From the NCBI RefSeq assembly GCF_036321535.1, contig NC_087437.1:65412001-65476000 (forward strand): 64,000 nucleotides of DNA, read 5' to 3'. How positions within the stretch are numbered: the first letter of the stretch is position 1; each line of letters starts with the position of its first letter. This DNA comes from Camelus dromedarius (taxonomy: Eukaryota). The notes below the pieces were generated by a model that had not been told where the DNA came from, made no database searches, and was given only the letters and a program-made list of their open reading frames with translations. Made by a program: the position numbers and the translations under genes. Of the stretch, positions 1 through 13,940 are shown piece after piece.

Positions 1-700
1 TTAAGCTTTTGTGTCTGTGAAATATCTATTTTACCTTCATTTTTTAATGATACTTTGTCAAGTATAGAATTGTAGATTGACAATTTCTTTCAGTACCTTG
101 AAAATGTTCTTCCACTGTCTGTTAGTTCATATAATTTGAGAAGTCTGCTGTTACTCTTCTATATTTGTTCCTCTATGTGTTTATACATACATATATATAT
201 ACATATATATATATATACACACACACACATTTTGTTGCTGTTGTTGGCTTTTTTTTTTTTTTTTTACAAATTTTGATTATGACGTGCTTTGGTGTATTCT
301 TCATGTTTCTTATACTTGAAGTCCATAGTTCATTAACCTTCTTTGATCTGTGGATTTACATGTTCATCAAATTAGAAAGATTTTTGGCATTACTTTTTCA
401 AACATTTTTCTGTCCCATCATCTCTATCCTTTCCTGGGACTCCTATTGTATGTTTATTAAGCAGCTTGAAGTTGGACAATAGCTGACTCATTCTCTGTTC
501 ACTGATTCTGGTTTTTTCCTCTGTTTCATTTTGAGTGGTACGTCTTTGAGTTCAGTAATTTTTCTTTTTCAGTGTCAATTCTGTTGTTCATCCCATCTGG
601 TGTATATTTTACTTCTAGAAGTTTAACTCAGATCTTTTTTATATTTCCCATGTCTCTTAACATACTGGTGCTTTCTTCTATCTCCTTGAATATATGAAAT
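1..700 (-). mobile_element. Old LINE-1 (L1M-type) fragment, interrupted by a Tigger element and continuing ~1191-1440
   Basis: T-rich antisense L1 ORF1-region motifs (ttgagaagtctgctgtt, ttctgttgttcatcccatc). Confidence 0.65.
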
Positions 701-701
701 A

Positions 702-1190
702 CAAATCTTCTTCGAGTTATGAGATTACATCCTGATAAACCCATTGTAAATTGAAAATATCCTAAGTCAAAAATGAATTTAATACACCTAGCCTGTCAAA
801 CATCATAGCTTAGCCTAGCCTACCTTTAAGATGTTCAGAACACTTACTAGCCTACAGTTGAGCAAAATTATTTTACACAAAGCCTTTTATAACAATTTAT
901 AAATTTATTTATTGAATACTGTACTTATGGTGAAAAATAGAATGTTTGTATGGGTACAGAATGATTTGAAGTGTATCAGTTGTTAACCCTCATGATCATG
1001 TGGTTGACTGGGAGCTGTGGCCCAATGCTGCTACCTAGCATCTTGAGAGATGATTGTACTACACATTGCTAGCTTGGGAAAAGATCAAGATTCAAAATTT
1101 GAAGTATGGTTTCTACTGAATGTGCATTGCTTTTGCACCATCATAGAGCTGAAAAATTGTAAGTTGAATCACTAAGTCAAGGACTATCCG
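702..1190 (+). mobile_element. TcMar-Tigger DNA transposon (MER47/Tigger5-like)
   Basis: TA at both ends; family motifs catcatagcttagcctagcctacct and ggtttctactgaatgtgcattgcttttgcaccatc; degenerate terminal inverted repeats. Confidence 0.8.
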
Positions 1191-1459
1191 TATATTTACA
1201 ATAGCTGACTTAATGTTCTTGTCCACTGATTTTATTCTATGTGTCATTTCTGGGTCAGTTTATATTGGCATTTTCTCTTTATCAGGAATTGTATTTTCCT
1301 ATTGACATAGTATCATTGCCTGGATGCCAGACATTGTAAATTTTTTGTTATTAGCTGCTATTTGTTTTCTATTATTTAGATACTGAGTTTTGTATTCCAT
1401 GGCACAATAACATTTTTTTTTAGAAACAGTAAAGTCTTTTGCTTTTTATTCTGAAATAA

Positions 1460-4440
1460 ATATATAACCACACCAAGTTGCCAAAAATTATACAGGATAG
1501 TAGTATAGCTTGTGGATAAGTGTAATGAATGGAAGTAGTAATATAAGGAATGAGGAGGAGATATTAGGAATGCTTTGTTAATATAAGATACTTGCACTAT
1601 CCATGAAACAGTATAGTGTTACTTAAAAGTGGACTTGTATCAGTAGTAAATGTATATTGCAAACTCTAGGGTATCTGCTAAAAAAAAAAGTAAAAAAGAG
1701 AAGTATAATTAAGAAAGGAAGGGGAAAGGAATCATATAAGATGCCCAGTTCAAACCACAAAAGGAAGAAATAAGTGGAAGAAAAATACAGGAACAAAGAA
1801 CAAGGGCAATGAATAGAAAATAACTATGGTAGACATTAATCCAACTATATAATCACTTTAAATGTCAATTGTCTAAATACATTAGTTAAAAGACAGACTG
1901 TCAAAGTGATTCAAAAAACAAGACCAATATGTAGGTGACAAGAAATTTAAATACAAATGAATATATAGATGAAAAGTAAAGAGATGGAGAAAGATATACC
2001 ATGCTAACATTAATAAAATATATATATATATATATTTACAGCCAGTTGCTTTAGGATGGTGAGGAACGTTGTTAGTCCAGTGAACCCCATAAGCATTGGC
2101 CCACTGCCATACTTCATTTGCTGTGAAATGAGTTCTGTGATGAAAAGCAGTGCTGTGTGGGATATCATAATAATGGATAAAGCATTCTGTAAGTCGATAG
2201 ATAATATATTTGGCAGAAGCATTCCATGCAGGAAATGTAGATCCATATCCTGAGTGTCTATTCCAGTAAGGACAACATAGTGTTCCTTTCATGATGAAAG
2301 TGGTTCAGTGCAATCAACCTGCCACCAAGTAACTGATCACCTGAGAAATGGTGCCATATTGGAAACAGCATTGATTTTTGCTCTTGTCATACTGGGCACT
2401 TAACAGTGGCTGTAGCCAAGTTGGCTTTGGTGAACGGAAGTCCATGTTGCTGAGCCCATGCATAACCCGCATCCCTGCCACCACGGCTACTTTGTTCATG
2501 AGCCCATTTAGCAATGACAGGGGTAGCTGGGAAATAATCTGACTGCTATCCATAGAATGGGTCATACTATCTATTTGAGTGTTAAAATTCTCCTCTGCTG
2601 AGGTCTCCCTTTTGTGAGCATTCATATAGGACAAAAACTTCTGTATATACTAGCAACAGAATTTGAAATTCAAAGCAATAACATTTACATTAGTACCCTC
2701 AAAAATAACATACTTATAGATCCAAAAAAGTATGTGCAAGATCTACATGAGGAAAACTACAAAACTACCCCCCCCAAAAAAAATCCTTACAGATAGAGGA
2801 AACTGAAAAACAAGTGGAGAGAGATTCCATGTTCATGGATAGGAGAACTCAATATTGTCAAGACATAATTTCTTCCCAACTTGATCTACAGATTCAACAC
2901 AATCCCAATAAAAATTTCAGCAAGTTATTTCATGGATGTTGACAAACATTCTGAAGTTTAGATGGAGAGGCAAAAGGCCCAGAATAACCAATACGATACT
3001 GAAGGAGGGGAACAAAGTCATAGGACTGATGCCATCTGACTTCAAGACTGACTTTAAACCTAAAGTGGTGAAGACAGAATATTATTGGTGGAAAAAAATA
3101 AATACATCATTGCAACAGAATAGAGAGCCTAGAAATAGATCCACACAAATACAGTCAACTGATCTTTGACAAAGAAGCAAAACCAATACAATGGAGAAAA
3201 GATAGTCTTCTCAAAAAATGGTACTACAACAACTGGACATGTACATATACAAAAAACAAATCTAGACACAGACTTAACACACTTCACAAAAATTAATTCA
3301 AAATGGATCATAGTCCTAAATGTTAAACACAAAACTATATAAAGCTCCTAGAAGAAAATACAGAAGAAAATGTAAATAACTTTAGGTTTGGTGACTTTTT
3401 AGATACAACACCAAAGGCACAATCCATAAAAGAAAAAAATTGGTAAATTTGAATTCATTAAAATGAAAAACTGCTTTGTAAAAGACACTATCAAGAGAAT
3501 GAGAAGACAAGCCACAGACTAGAAGAAAATAGTTGCAAAAGATACATCTGATAAAGAACTATTAACCAAAATACACAAAACCTGAGTAAAAAATGGGCAA
3601 ATGATCTGAACAGATACCAAACTAAAGAAGACAGATGGCAAGTAAGCATATGAAAATATTTAAAATCTCAAATTAAAACAAGAATGAGAAGCCACTACAC
3701 ACCTATTAGAATGGTGAAAATCCAAAACACTGTCAACACTAAATGCTAGCAATTGGACGTGGAACAACAAAAACTTTCATTCATTGATTGTAGGAATATA
3801 GTTTGTTTCTTAAAAAACTAAACATACTTAAATTACCATATGATTCAGGAATCATGCTCCTTGGAATTTACCAAAAGAAGTTGCAAATTTATGTCCACAC
3901 AAAAACCTGAATGGATAAACTGTGGTACGTCCAGACAATGGAATGTTACTCAGTGCTAAAAAGGAATAAGCTATGAAGCTATGAAAAAAACATAGAGGAA
4001 ACCTAAATGCATATTACTAAATGAACTCAATCTGAAAAGACTACATACTGTGTGATTCCAAATGTATGACATTCTTGAAAAGGCAAGACTATGGAGACAG
4101 TAGAAAGATTTGTGGTTGCTAGGAATTAAGGGGAAAGAGGTGATGAATAGGCTGACACAGATTTTTAGAACAATGAAACTATTCTATATTACATTATAAT
4201 GTATTGTATAATGGAATGTATTCATCATTATATACATGTTAAAACATCAAGTATGAGTCCCAATGTAAACTATGCATTTGGGATAATGGTGATGTATTAA
4301 TACATGTTCATTAGTTATAACAAATGCACCACTCTGATGGAGGATGTTAATAAGTGGGAGAGGCTGAGTGTGTGGGGGGTAGGCAAGGGGAATATGCAAT
4401 ATTTAAAATTACTTTAAAACATAAAGTATATTAAAATATA
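1460..4440 (+). mobile_element. Old LINE-1 (L1MC-like) ORF2 remnants and 3' UTR, interrupted by an ERV-L fragment
   Basis: ORF2-like ORF 2936..3169; 3' UTR motifs gactatggagacagtagaaagat and aacaaatgcaccactctg. Confidence 0.8.
2039..2640 (-). mobile_element. ERV-L internal fragment (RNase H to integrase region of pol)
   Basis: Peptides MNAHKRETSAEENFNTQIDSMTHSMDSSQ and HYYDIPHSTAFHHRTHFTANEVWQWANAYGVHW..VPHHPKATG resemble ERV-L RNase H and integrase. Confidence 0.88.
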
Positions 4441-4444
4441 AAAA

Positions 4445-4760
4445 GGTAACCCTCATACACTGTTGGCAGGAATGTAAATTGGTGTAGCCACTGTGGAAAA
4501 CAGTATAAAGGTTTCTCAAACTAAGAATAGAACCACCATATGACCCAGAAGTTCCACTCCTGGGTATATATCCAAAAAACCAAAAACACTAATTCAAAGA
4601 GATACATGTACCCCAAAGTTCATAGCAACATTATTTACAATTACCAAGATGTGGATGCAACCTAAGTGTCCATCAACAGATGAATGGATAAGGAAGATGT
4701 GTATAAAAAATGTCTGTCTGTCTATGTCTACCTATGTCTATGTCTATCTATCTACACACA

Positions 4761-4805
<45 letters not shown>

Positions 4806-5170
4806 GAATACTACTCAGCCATAAAAAGAACGAAATTTTGCCATCTGCAACAATATGGATGGTCTTGGAGGGCGTTATGCTAAGTGAAGTAAGTCAAACA
4901 GAGAAAGACAAATATTGTATGATACCACTTATATGTGGAATCTAAAAAATTACAACAAATTAGTGAATATAATAACAAGGAAGTGGACTCACAAAGAACA
5001 AATTAGTGGTTACCAGTGGAGGGTGGGCAATACGGGGGTAGGGGACTGGGAGGTACAAACTACTGGGTGTAGGGTAGGCTACAAGGATATACTGTACACA
5101 GGAATATAACCAATATTTTATAATAACTGTAAATGGAGTATAACCTTTAAAACCTGCATAAAAATAAAAA
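4445..5170 (+). mobile_element. LINE-1 3' end (younger artiodactyl type) containing a (CA)n tract
   Basis: ORF2 C-terminal peptides (WMQPKCPSTDEWI; ATIWMVLEGVMLSEVSQTEKDKY), 3' UTR and A-rich tail near 5160. Confidence 0.88.
4754..4800. repeat. (CA)n microsatellite
   Basis: Read directly; one interruption. Confidence 0.97.
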
Positions 5171-5984
5171 AATATATATATTAAAGTATAGAGGGAGGTC
5201 CCATGTACTCTTTACCCATTTCCCCATCACTAATATCTTTTTATATAGTTAAAATCAGAACAAGATGACATTGGTACAATTCACAGAACTTACTCAGATT
5301 TTATCACTTTTAGATGAACTCATTTGTGTATTTATGTGTATGTATGTATAGGTCTATGTAATTCTGTCACATGTGTAGATTTGGGTAACTACCACTATAA
5401 TCAAACTTCAAAACTGTTCCATCACCAATAGGGTCTCCTGTGTTACTCCATTATAGTCACATTACTCCTTTCCTCACCCATTGCTAAATTTTGGCGAACG
5501 CTAATCAGTTCTCCAGCTCTATTTTATTATTTCAAGTTTGCTATATAAATTGATTCATATAGTATTTAACCTTTTAAGATCAGCTCTTTTCACTTAGCAC
5601 AGTTCTCTTGAGATCCATACAATTTGTGAATCTTAATAGTTTGTTCTTTTTTACTGCTGAATAGTATTTCACGGTATAATATGCCACATTTTGTTTAACT
5701 ATTCACCTGCTGAAGGACATCTGGATTTTTTTTTTTTTTTTGGTTTTTATAATTAATGCTGCTAGGAGCTCTGTATACAGATTTTTGAGTAAAGTTCAGT
5801 TTTCATTCTCTAGGTACCTAGGAGTGGGGTTGTTAGATAATATGGTAATTGTATTTTAACTTTCCAAGAAAATGCTGATCTGTTTTCTACAATGGTTTTA
5901 CCATTTTTCTTTTCTACCAGTAGAGTATGAGAGTTCCAGTTGATCTGTGTTATCTTTATCATCACCTAGTTTTGCTAGTATTTT

Positions 5985-7085
5985 TATTTATTTATTTTTA
6001 AATTTAAATTTAGTCAGTTTACAATGTGTTAATTTCTGGTATACAGCACAGGGATTCAGTTAAACATATATATATTATATCTTTTTATATTCTTTTCATT
6101 ATAGGCTATCACAAGGTATTGAATATGGTTCCCTGCGCTATACAGTAGAATCTTGCTGTTTATCTATTTTGAATACAGTAGTTAGTGTCTGTAAATCCTG
6201 AACTCCCAATTTAACCCTCCACCCCTACTCCCACCCCGGTAACCACAAGTTTGTTATCTATGTCTGTGACCCTGTTTGTTTTGCAAATAAGTTCATGTCT
6301 CATTTTTTTCTCAAGATTTCACATATAAGTGAGAACATATGGTATTTTTCTTTTTCTTTCTGGAGTACTTCACTTAGTATGACAATCTCCAGGTGTATCC
6401 ATGTTGCTGCGAATGGTATCATTTTATTTTTTATGGCTGAGTAATATTCCATTGTGTATATTTACATATATATACACCACAACTTCTTTATCCAGTCATC
6501 TGTTGGTGGGTATTTAGGTGGCTTCCATGTCTTGGCTATTGTAAATCATATTGCTATCAACATTGGGGTGCATGTAGAGTTTTGAATTGGAGTATCCTCT
6601 GGATATATGCCCAGGAGTGGGATTGCTGGATCTATTGGTAACTCTATTTTTAGACTGTTAAGTAATCTCCATACTGTCTTCCATAATGGCTGTACCAAAC
6701 TACATTCCCACCAATAGTGTAGAAGGGTTTCCTTTTCTCTACACCCTCTCCGGCATTTATCATTTCTGGAATTATTAATGATGGCCATTTGACTGGTGTG
6801 AGGTGATAACCTCACTGTAGTTTGGATTTGCATTTCTCTGATAATTACTGATATTGAGCATTTTTTTCATGTGCTTATTGGCCATCTGTATGTCTTCACT
6901 GGAGAAATGTTTGTTTAGGTCTTCTGCCCATTTTGTGATTGGCTTGTTTATTTTGTTGTTGAGTTGTATGAGCTGTTTGTATATTCTGGAAATTAAGCCC
7001 TTATCTGTCACATCGTTTGCAAGTATTTTCTCCCATTCTGTAGGTTGTCTTTTCATATTGTTTATGATTTTCTTTGCTGCACAAA
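5985..7085 (-). mobile_element. 5'-truncated young LINE-1 with apparent TSD agtattttta, inserted in an older antisense L1
   Basis: ORF2 C-terminal ORFs 6546..6833 and 6775..7056 ([14 protein letters not shown]..., [10 protein letters not shown]); agtattttta at ~5977 and ~7090. Confidence 0.9.
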
Positions 7086-7089
7086 ACCC

Positions 7090-9500
7090 AGTATTTTTAA
7101 TTTTAGTAGTCTAATGGGTATTTAGTGTTCAAATTTACATTCCTCTAGTGGCTAATGAACAGTATGTTTTCATGTGCTTATTTACCATTTGTATATCCTC
7201 TTTGGTAAAGACTCTTTTCAAGTAGTTTGCCCATCTTTTAACATAAATGTTTCATTTGGAATAATTAGAGATTGAGAGGAAAGTAGCAAAGATAATACAT
7301 AAATTTTTTATATTCTCCTTTCCTAGTGCATTATTATTAACTGAATTCTATACTTACTTCATATTTCACCAGTGTAAAAAAATATTTTTCTTACAGTTTT
7401 TATTGTGGTGAAATGTATATATAACCACTCAAAAATGTACCATCTAGTGGCATTTAGTACATTCACAATGTTGTGCAACAGTTACCACTATATAGCTCCA
7501 AAACATCTTCATCACCACAAAAAAATAACACTGACCCATTTAGTAGTCACTGCCCATTCTACTCTTCCCTAGCCACTGGTGACCATTAATCTTCTGTTTC
7601 TAGGGATTTACTTATTCTGGATATTTCATATAAGTGGAATATCATACAATATGTGGCCTTTTATGCCTGGCTTCTTTCACTTCATGTAATGTTTTTGAGG
7701 TTCATCAATTTTATAGCATGTGTCAGTACTCTGTTTTTAAAATAAAACATTTCAGAATTGTAGTAAAATATATACAAAATTGGTTAAAATGGTAATTTAA
7801 GCATACAGCTCAGTGGTATCAAGGCCATTTGTATTGTGCAACCATCACCACCAGCTATCTCCAGAACTCTTTTCACCTTGTAAAAATGATACACATTACC
7901 CATTAAACAATAATTCCTCATATCCCCCTCCCCCAGTGCCTGGCAACCACCATTCTACTTTCCTTCCCTAAAAATTCGACTACTCTGGGTACCTCATATA
8001 ATTGGAATCATACCATTTGTGTCTTTTTGTGACTGGCTTATTTTACTTAGCATAATATCCTCAAGGTTCATCCATGTTGTAGCATATGTCAAAATTTCTT
8101 TCCTTTTTAAGGCTGAACACATTGCATTGTATATTGCACACACGTTTTACTTATCCACTGATTTACTGATGGCCTGTAGATTGGGTTGCTTCTACATTTT
8201 AGCTATTGTCAATAATGTTGCTATAAAGGTGTGTTTACAAATGATCTCTTTAGGACTCTATTTTTAATTCTTTTGTGTATATATCAAGAAGTGGATTTGC
8301 TGGTCATATGATAATTTCCATTTTTATTTTTCTGAGGAGCTACCATAGCAGCTGTGCCATTTCACATTCCCACCAACAATGCACAAGAGTTCTAATTTCT
8401 CCTCATCCTTGCCAACACATTTTCTTTCTTTCTTTCTTTTTTTTTTGATGGAAGTCATCACCTATTGGGTGTGATGTCATATCACACTATGGTTTTGATC
8501 TGCATTTTCCTAATGATTAGTGATTTTGAAGATCTTTTCATGTGCTTATTGGCTATTTGTGTATCTTCTTTTGAGAAATGGCAATATAACTTCCCATTTT
8601 TAAATTGAGTTGGTTTGGAACTCCAGGAGTTCTCTGTATATTCTGGATAGTAGATGCTTATCAAATATATAAACACAACTGATTTCTGTGTGTCTATTTT
8701 CTACCCTGCAACTTTACTAAATTCATTTATTAGTTCTAGTTGTTCTTCTGTGGATTCTTTGGGATTTTCTGTCTAGAGGACTGTGCCATCTGTTAATAGG
8801 GATAGTTTTACTTCTTTTCCAATTTAGATGCTTTTTATTTCTATTTTCTTGCCTAGTATTTCTGGCTAGAACTTCCAGTACAAAATAGAAGTAGTAAAAA
8901 CAGGCATCCTTGTCTTGTTCTAGATCTTAAGGAGGAAAGTTTTCAGTCTTTCTTCCTTGAGTAGGATGGCTATGGGGATTTTTTGTTTTTTGTTTTTAAA
9001 TAAATGTGCTTTATCAGTTTGAGGAAGTTCTCTGCTATTTCTAGTTTTTTAAAAAAATTTTTATCATAAAAGAGTATTCAATTTCTTCAAGTGTTTTTTC
9101 TGCACCAATTGAGATGATCATGTGTGGGATTTTTTTCCCTTCAATCTGTTAGTGTGGTTTTTACATTTTTAACTTTCTTCTGTTGGACCACCCTTGTATT
9201 TCTGAGATAAATCCCACTTGATCATGGTATATAATCCTTTCAATATGCTATTGGATTCTGTTTGCTAATACTTTGTTGAGACTATTTGCATGTATATTCA
9301 TAAGGAATGTTTGTCTCTCATTTTATTTTCTTGTGGTGGTCTTTGTCTAGCTTTGAAATCAGGGTAATGCTGGTGTTACAGAATGAGTTAGGAAATGTCC
9401 CTTCTTATTCTATTTTTTGGAAGAGCTAAATATTTGGTAGAGTTCACCAGTGAAGCCATCTTATCCTGGACGTTGATTTGTCAGGAGGTTTTTGTGACAT
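7090..9500 (-). mobile_element. Nested old antisense LINE-1 fragments (L1MB/L1ME-like)
   Basis: Several antisense 3' UTR motifs (cctggcaaccaccattctactttc) and ORF2 remnant 8482..8676. Confidence 0.8.
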
Positions 9501-9510
9501 ATGCTGGAAG

Positions 9511-11095
9511 CCTTTTTCTTGTAAGTAAAGTAATTCACTTTTTATGTCTATTGACATGTGAGACATTTCATCATAGTTCTGTAATTTTAAAAAACCACAT
9601 TTAGTACTTTTACTTAATTTTCTGGGAGACAATTTACTTACTACCCCTCTCCCCTTCTTAAGTTAATGTGCCAATTTCCTGTAATGAACTGCTTAAAAAG
9701 AAGCCTTGGTCTAGAATGGAGTGAAATAGGCAAAAAAAAACAAACATATAAATACATAGATAAAAATTTTTAAAGACTGCTGTTTAAAAATCCAACATTT
9801 TCACCAATTATATTCAAACAGAACACACAAATGATATTGGCATGATATGTGTTTTTAGTGTTTCCTTGTGGTTGGCTTTCCTCACCATCTTGCAAGTAAC
9901 AGAGCTGCAGTTGTAGTTTGTCATGCTAGATCACAGAGGTTCACTCAGTTTCATATTAGTTGAAGGCCCTGGATGAGACTATAAGGTCTTGGAATTCCAA
10001 ATTGCAAGACTCTATTGATTCCTATAGGGCAAAATTCTGATAATTTTGCTTGTCCACCTCATAATTAGGTACCTGAGTGATACTATTCTGGTGCAGCATC
10101 TCTGAAGCTGTAATGCAGTCCTTGATTGTGACTCTGTTGTCCATGTTGTGGAAGTGTTCTATGGCTAACATGTTGTGCTGGATGCTATGTTTTGGAATTT
10201 CTAATTTGGAGAATAAAGTCAAGCTGTAAAGGTCATCTTAGTTAAAGAGCACTGGGTACATTCACAGCCAGCAGCTACAAAACTGTTCTCTGAGACAAAT
10301 AATACACTCAGGAGTGGCAGGAACTCTGGTTTCAGATTGAAACTTGAACAATATTTGAGACATAAGCAGTAGACATGTGCTGTAATGGCTGACCCAGGGC
10401 AGACAGCTCCCACTGGCAGGGAAGTTGAACCTGGGACTCAGCCTCCAGTGCCACCAGACTCTGACATCAGTTAACCAAAATGCATCTTGATGCCCTATGG
10501 CATACTGGTTGGCTTTTCATCAACTTTTTTATTGTATGCAGAAGCACTCTGCTTTTTAAGTCACATGATCCTGCTGTCAGCAAAACACTGTTGAGATCCC
10601 AATCCAAACTAAGGACAATTGAATGAATTGGCTTTTTAGTGTGCTTGCTTACCCACTTGACATTTTTATACTCAAGTAACAAATTATTCTTCAGTGTCCA
10701 CAGCAAATTTGTTCTTCAGAGAGGACCACTTCACAAAAGTGGCTGCATGATTAATTTTCAAAGTCACCAGGGCTAGCTTCCAGACACCATCCTTCTGACT
10801 CCTGCAAAGGACAATGTGGTCATGCTTGAGAGCCCTATCAATACCTGTGATGCCTCTACTGTGCTCCTGGAGTTCATGTGGTTTCACCCATTGGCCCCCA
10901 TTCCTCTTATAGATGTGAACTTTGCAGTTATTGCTGCTAAAGGCAACCTGAGTATGATCCCTGTTTTAGGCATGACAGATGATTGGCTCTCGTAAAAACT
11001 GTTGCAGAAAAATATTTTTGGTGTCTTTAAAGGTTAGGAAACAGGGGTCAGGACAGTCCTGACAGGCTCAGAGCGGAGAATTTGAAGACTAGTCA
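9511..11095 (-). pseudogene. ARPC1A: ARPC1A processed pseudogene (decayed CDS ~9951-11013 plus UTR remnants)
   Basis: Collinear, intronless ARPC1A-like peptides in several frames: [103 protein letters not shown]. The ATG is lost and there are stops and frameshifts. An A-rich remnant lies near 9511-9520. Confidence 0.92.
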
Positions 11096-12359
11096 ATCAA
11101 CATGAACAGGGTTTGTTCCATTCTGCATCTTTTATGAAGGTTATTTCTTCCTCCTCTTCCACTTCCTTCTCTGTTTTCTATAGTTCCTATCACTAATATG
11201 GTCTGTATATTTTTTTTTTAACATGTATTGTCCTTTGCCTGATTTTTGAAGTTTTGGGGTATTAATTTTTTTTAGTGGTTACTTTGAAGATATATTCTTA
11301 ATTCTTCTTGAATTGCTATATATGCATGGCATCAGTTGACTTCCCCTTATGATAGGGAAAATTAGTATAATTCCTCTTTCTATGTTTATTCTTGTTCTCA
11401 ATTCACCAATTAATCACCACACTTAGATACAGAATTATTTACTCTTTCGTTAGCAACTTTAACCTCCTCTTTACCTTCCCTAAAATTAAAAATTACAATA
11501 TTTCTATGTTATGGATTTTAAGTTTACATTTTATTCTGTAATCATATTTGCCACTGTTGTTTAACTTTACTTCTACAATTTAATAAACTGATCACTCCCT
11601 GTCCTTTGACCATGGCCTCTCCGTGCATGTTTTCATTGGTTGGAAACCATCCTATAGCAGATATTTAAAGATTCATGGGGGCCTGTGTTTCATTTACAGT
11701 ATTCTATGATGCATATATAACACTATATTTATAATGTTACGGGCATTCATGGTTTGAAATTTTAAAAATTAATTCATTTTTTAGGTTACTAATTCAAAAT
11801 TATTAGGAAAGAGAAATTGTACTTTTTGTTCCAATTAAGAAACAAGATAGTTTTTCACCAAGTGTTAAAATGTTAGGTATAAAGCAATTTCCCACAATTC
11901 TGGCAATTACTTCATAAAATACTAACTACGTAAAGGTTCTAATAGTATAAATGTCCAATGTATGAGGTTTTTACTGTTACTGTCATTATTTTACTATTAC
12001 CGTTATATTGCCACTCCATTTGAAGATTGTTGTAATAAAGAAGTTACATTAGTATCGAAAGCTCTCCAACACATTGTCATTTTTCCTTTGTCTTTAGTAA
12101 ACAGCTCACATACACAAGTCACTAATACCTTTATACAGATGACTGATATCTGCCACTTTGAACCTGAGATCCCCCTTATACTCTAGCTCAGCATTTTTTT
12201 CTTTATTTTTAAAATTGAAGTATAGTTGATTTACAATATTGTGTTAGTTTTAGGTATACAGCAAAGTGATTCAGTTATATATATACATATTTCAGATTAT
12301 TTTCCATTATAGTTTATTATAAGATAATATTGTTCTCTGTGTAACAGTAAACAGTCCTA

Positions 12360-12690
12360 CATTTCTAATTGCTCACTGAATGGTTAACATGGACATCGCT
12401 GAGCAACTCAAACTCACTTTCCTTTCCTCTTAAACCAGGTATTCTCCATGAGAGTTACTCTATACACTCTGTAGTCACCCTTGACTCCCCCTATTTCCAA
12501 TGCCTTATCAGCTCTGCTCCTCCACTGTTTTCAGTCCCTTCAGTTGTAGAGTCTCTCATGGTAGCTTCTCTCCTTTTCATTTTCATTGTTGTTATCCTAC
12601 TTCTAGCCTTCATTTGACATACTGCAATAGCTTTTTACATATCTTTCTCCACTAATAGATTATACATTACTGGAAAATAATCTTCCCAAA
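12360..12690 (+). mobile_element. L2 remnant, preceded by a short antisense L1 3' end at ~12195-12350
   Basis: L2-like pyrimidine-rich motifs (gtcacccttgactccc, actgcaatagc). Confidence 0.5.
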
Positions 12691-13339
12691 GCCATGTTAT
12701 AAGCAATTCAGGGTATATTTTACACCAAAGTTTCATGTTGGAAGAATTTACATACATAAAGACATTTATCCTCTTTCAGAATCCTTGTAATTTTTTTCCT
12801 GTAATTTGTGGGAAATAAGTTTTAAAAATGAAATTACATTGACAACATACTTAGAAATAGGGAATGAAATTTTATTGTGAATCCTTTCAATTTCAAAAAA
12901 ATCCTTTTGTAAAGTGATAAGCACTTAATTATTTTATCTTTTATATGTGAGTTTTCATAATTCATCTTTGCTTAAAGTATGCATAAAATAGTGAGAATGA
13001 AGCAACTGGGAAGGAGATAATTGGAGACTTTGAAAGACTGACATTTGTAGAAACTGTTTATTAATGTTTATTAATAACAACCATGCCTAACTGACCTCCA
13101 GATTAAAATGAAAACTAAGAGCTTTCTTTGCTACTTCTAATATAGCAGTGGGTTGGGAATCTTTTTTATTTTTCCTTTATGATAGGAAATTATGATGTGT
13201 GAATATTATCTGAATGAATATCAAAATGTGTGTTTCTCTAGAGAAAAGTGTTCTTTAAATAGTCTTCATTCAACATCTGTCACGGTACATGCTATACAAG
13301 ATGAAAGGCAGTTGTAAAATTACAAGCTTTGCAATGACA

Positions 13340-13940
13340 TAGTTGATTTAAATTCAGTTTTGCTATTAGTTGTATGACCTTAGATACATTTGAATTTTTC
13401 TAGCCTTAATTATTTGTAAAGTGGGAACAATATTACCTATCTTATCTCAGATAATGTGTTCAAATCTTACAGTATAGCGTCTGATAGGTAGTAGGTCAAT
13501 AAATGAAACTAGAATGTTGATTTTTCCTTTGACATCAGTTACACTAGTAAAATACTAATTAACTTCATAACAAGTAGTGAATATATTAGTACTTTGCATT
13601 TTAAAAATACTGTAACATAATTATCCAATTTAATCAAATTCATCAAAGATTATATGTAATCAGATTTTAAATGTAATAATTTATTGACTAACAGTTACTT
13701 AATTTAGATACAGTGAAATGAGGTCTGTGAATATGCTCCATAAACTTGGGGTATTATGTTCTGTGATGTAGGTTCAAATCCTAATTATACAATTTATTAA
13801 CAATATAACCTCTGTTTCTGCTCTGAAATAAAAGACTGGGGATAGTGATAACCATCTTGGGGTTGCTAAGAAAATCAAATCAAATAATGTATGTGAAACA
13901 GCTTTGTATACCCTAAAGCATAATGCAGGACTAATTATTG
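13340..13940 (+). mobile_element. Two MIR remnants
   Basis: MIR core motifs (tgtatgaccttag..tttgtaaagtggga; gtaggttcaaatcc..ataatgtatgtgaaacagc). Confidence 0.55.

Noticed and set aside
12139..12173. Possible 35-nt minus-strand exon (cag|GTTCAAAG...AAAG|gtatta)
   Set aside because: The acceptor region is purine-rich and the length shifts the frame.
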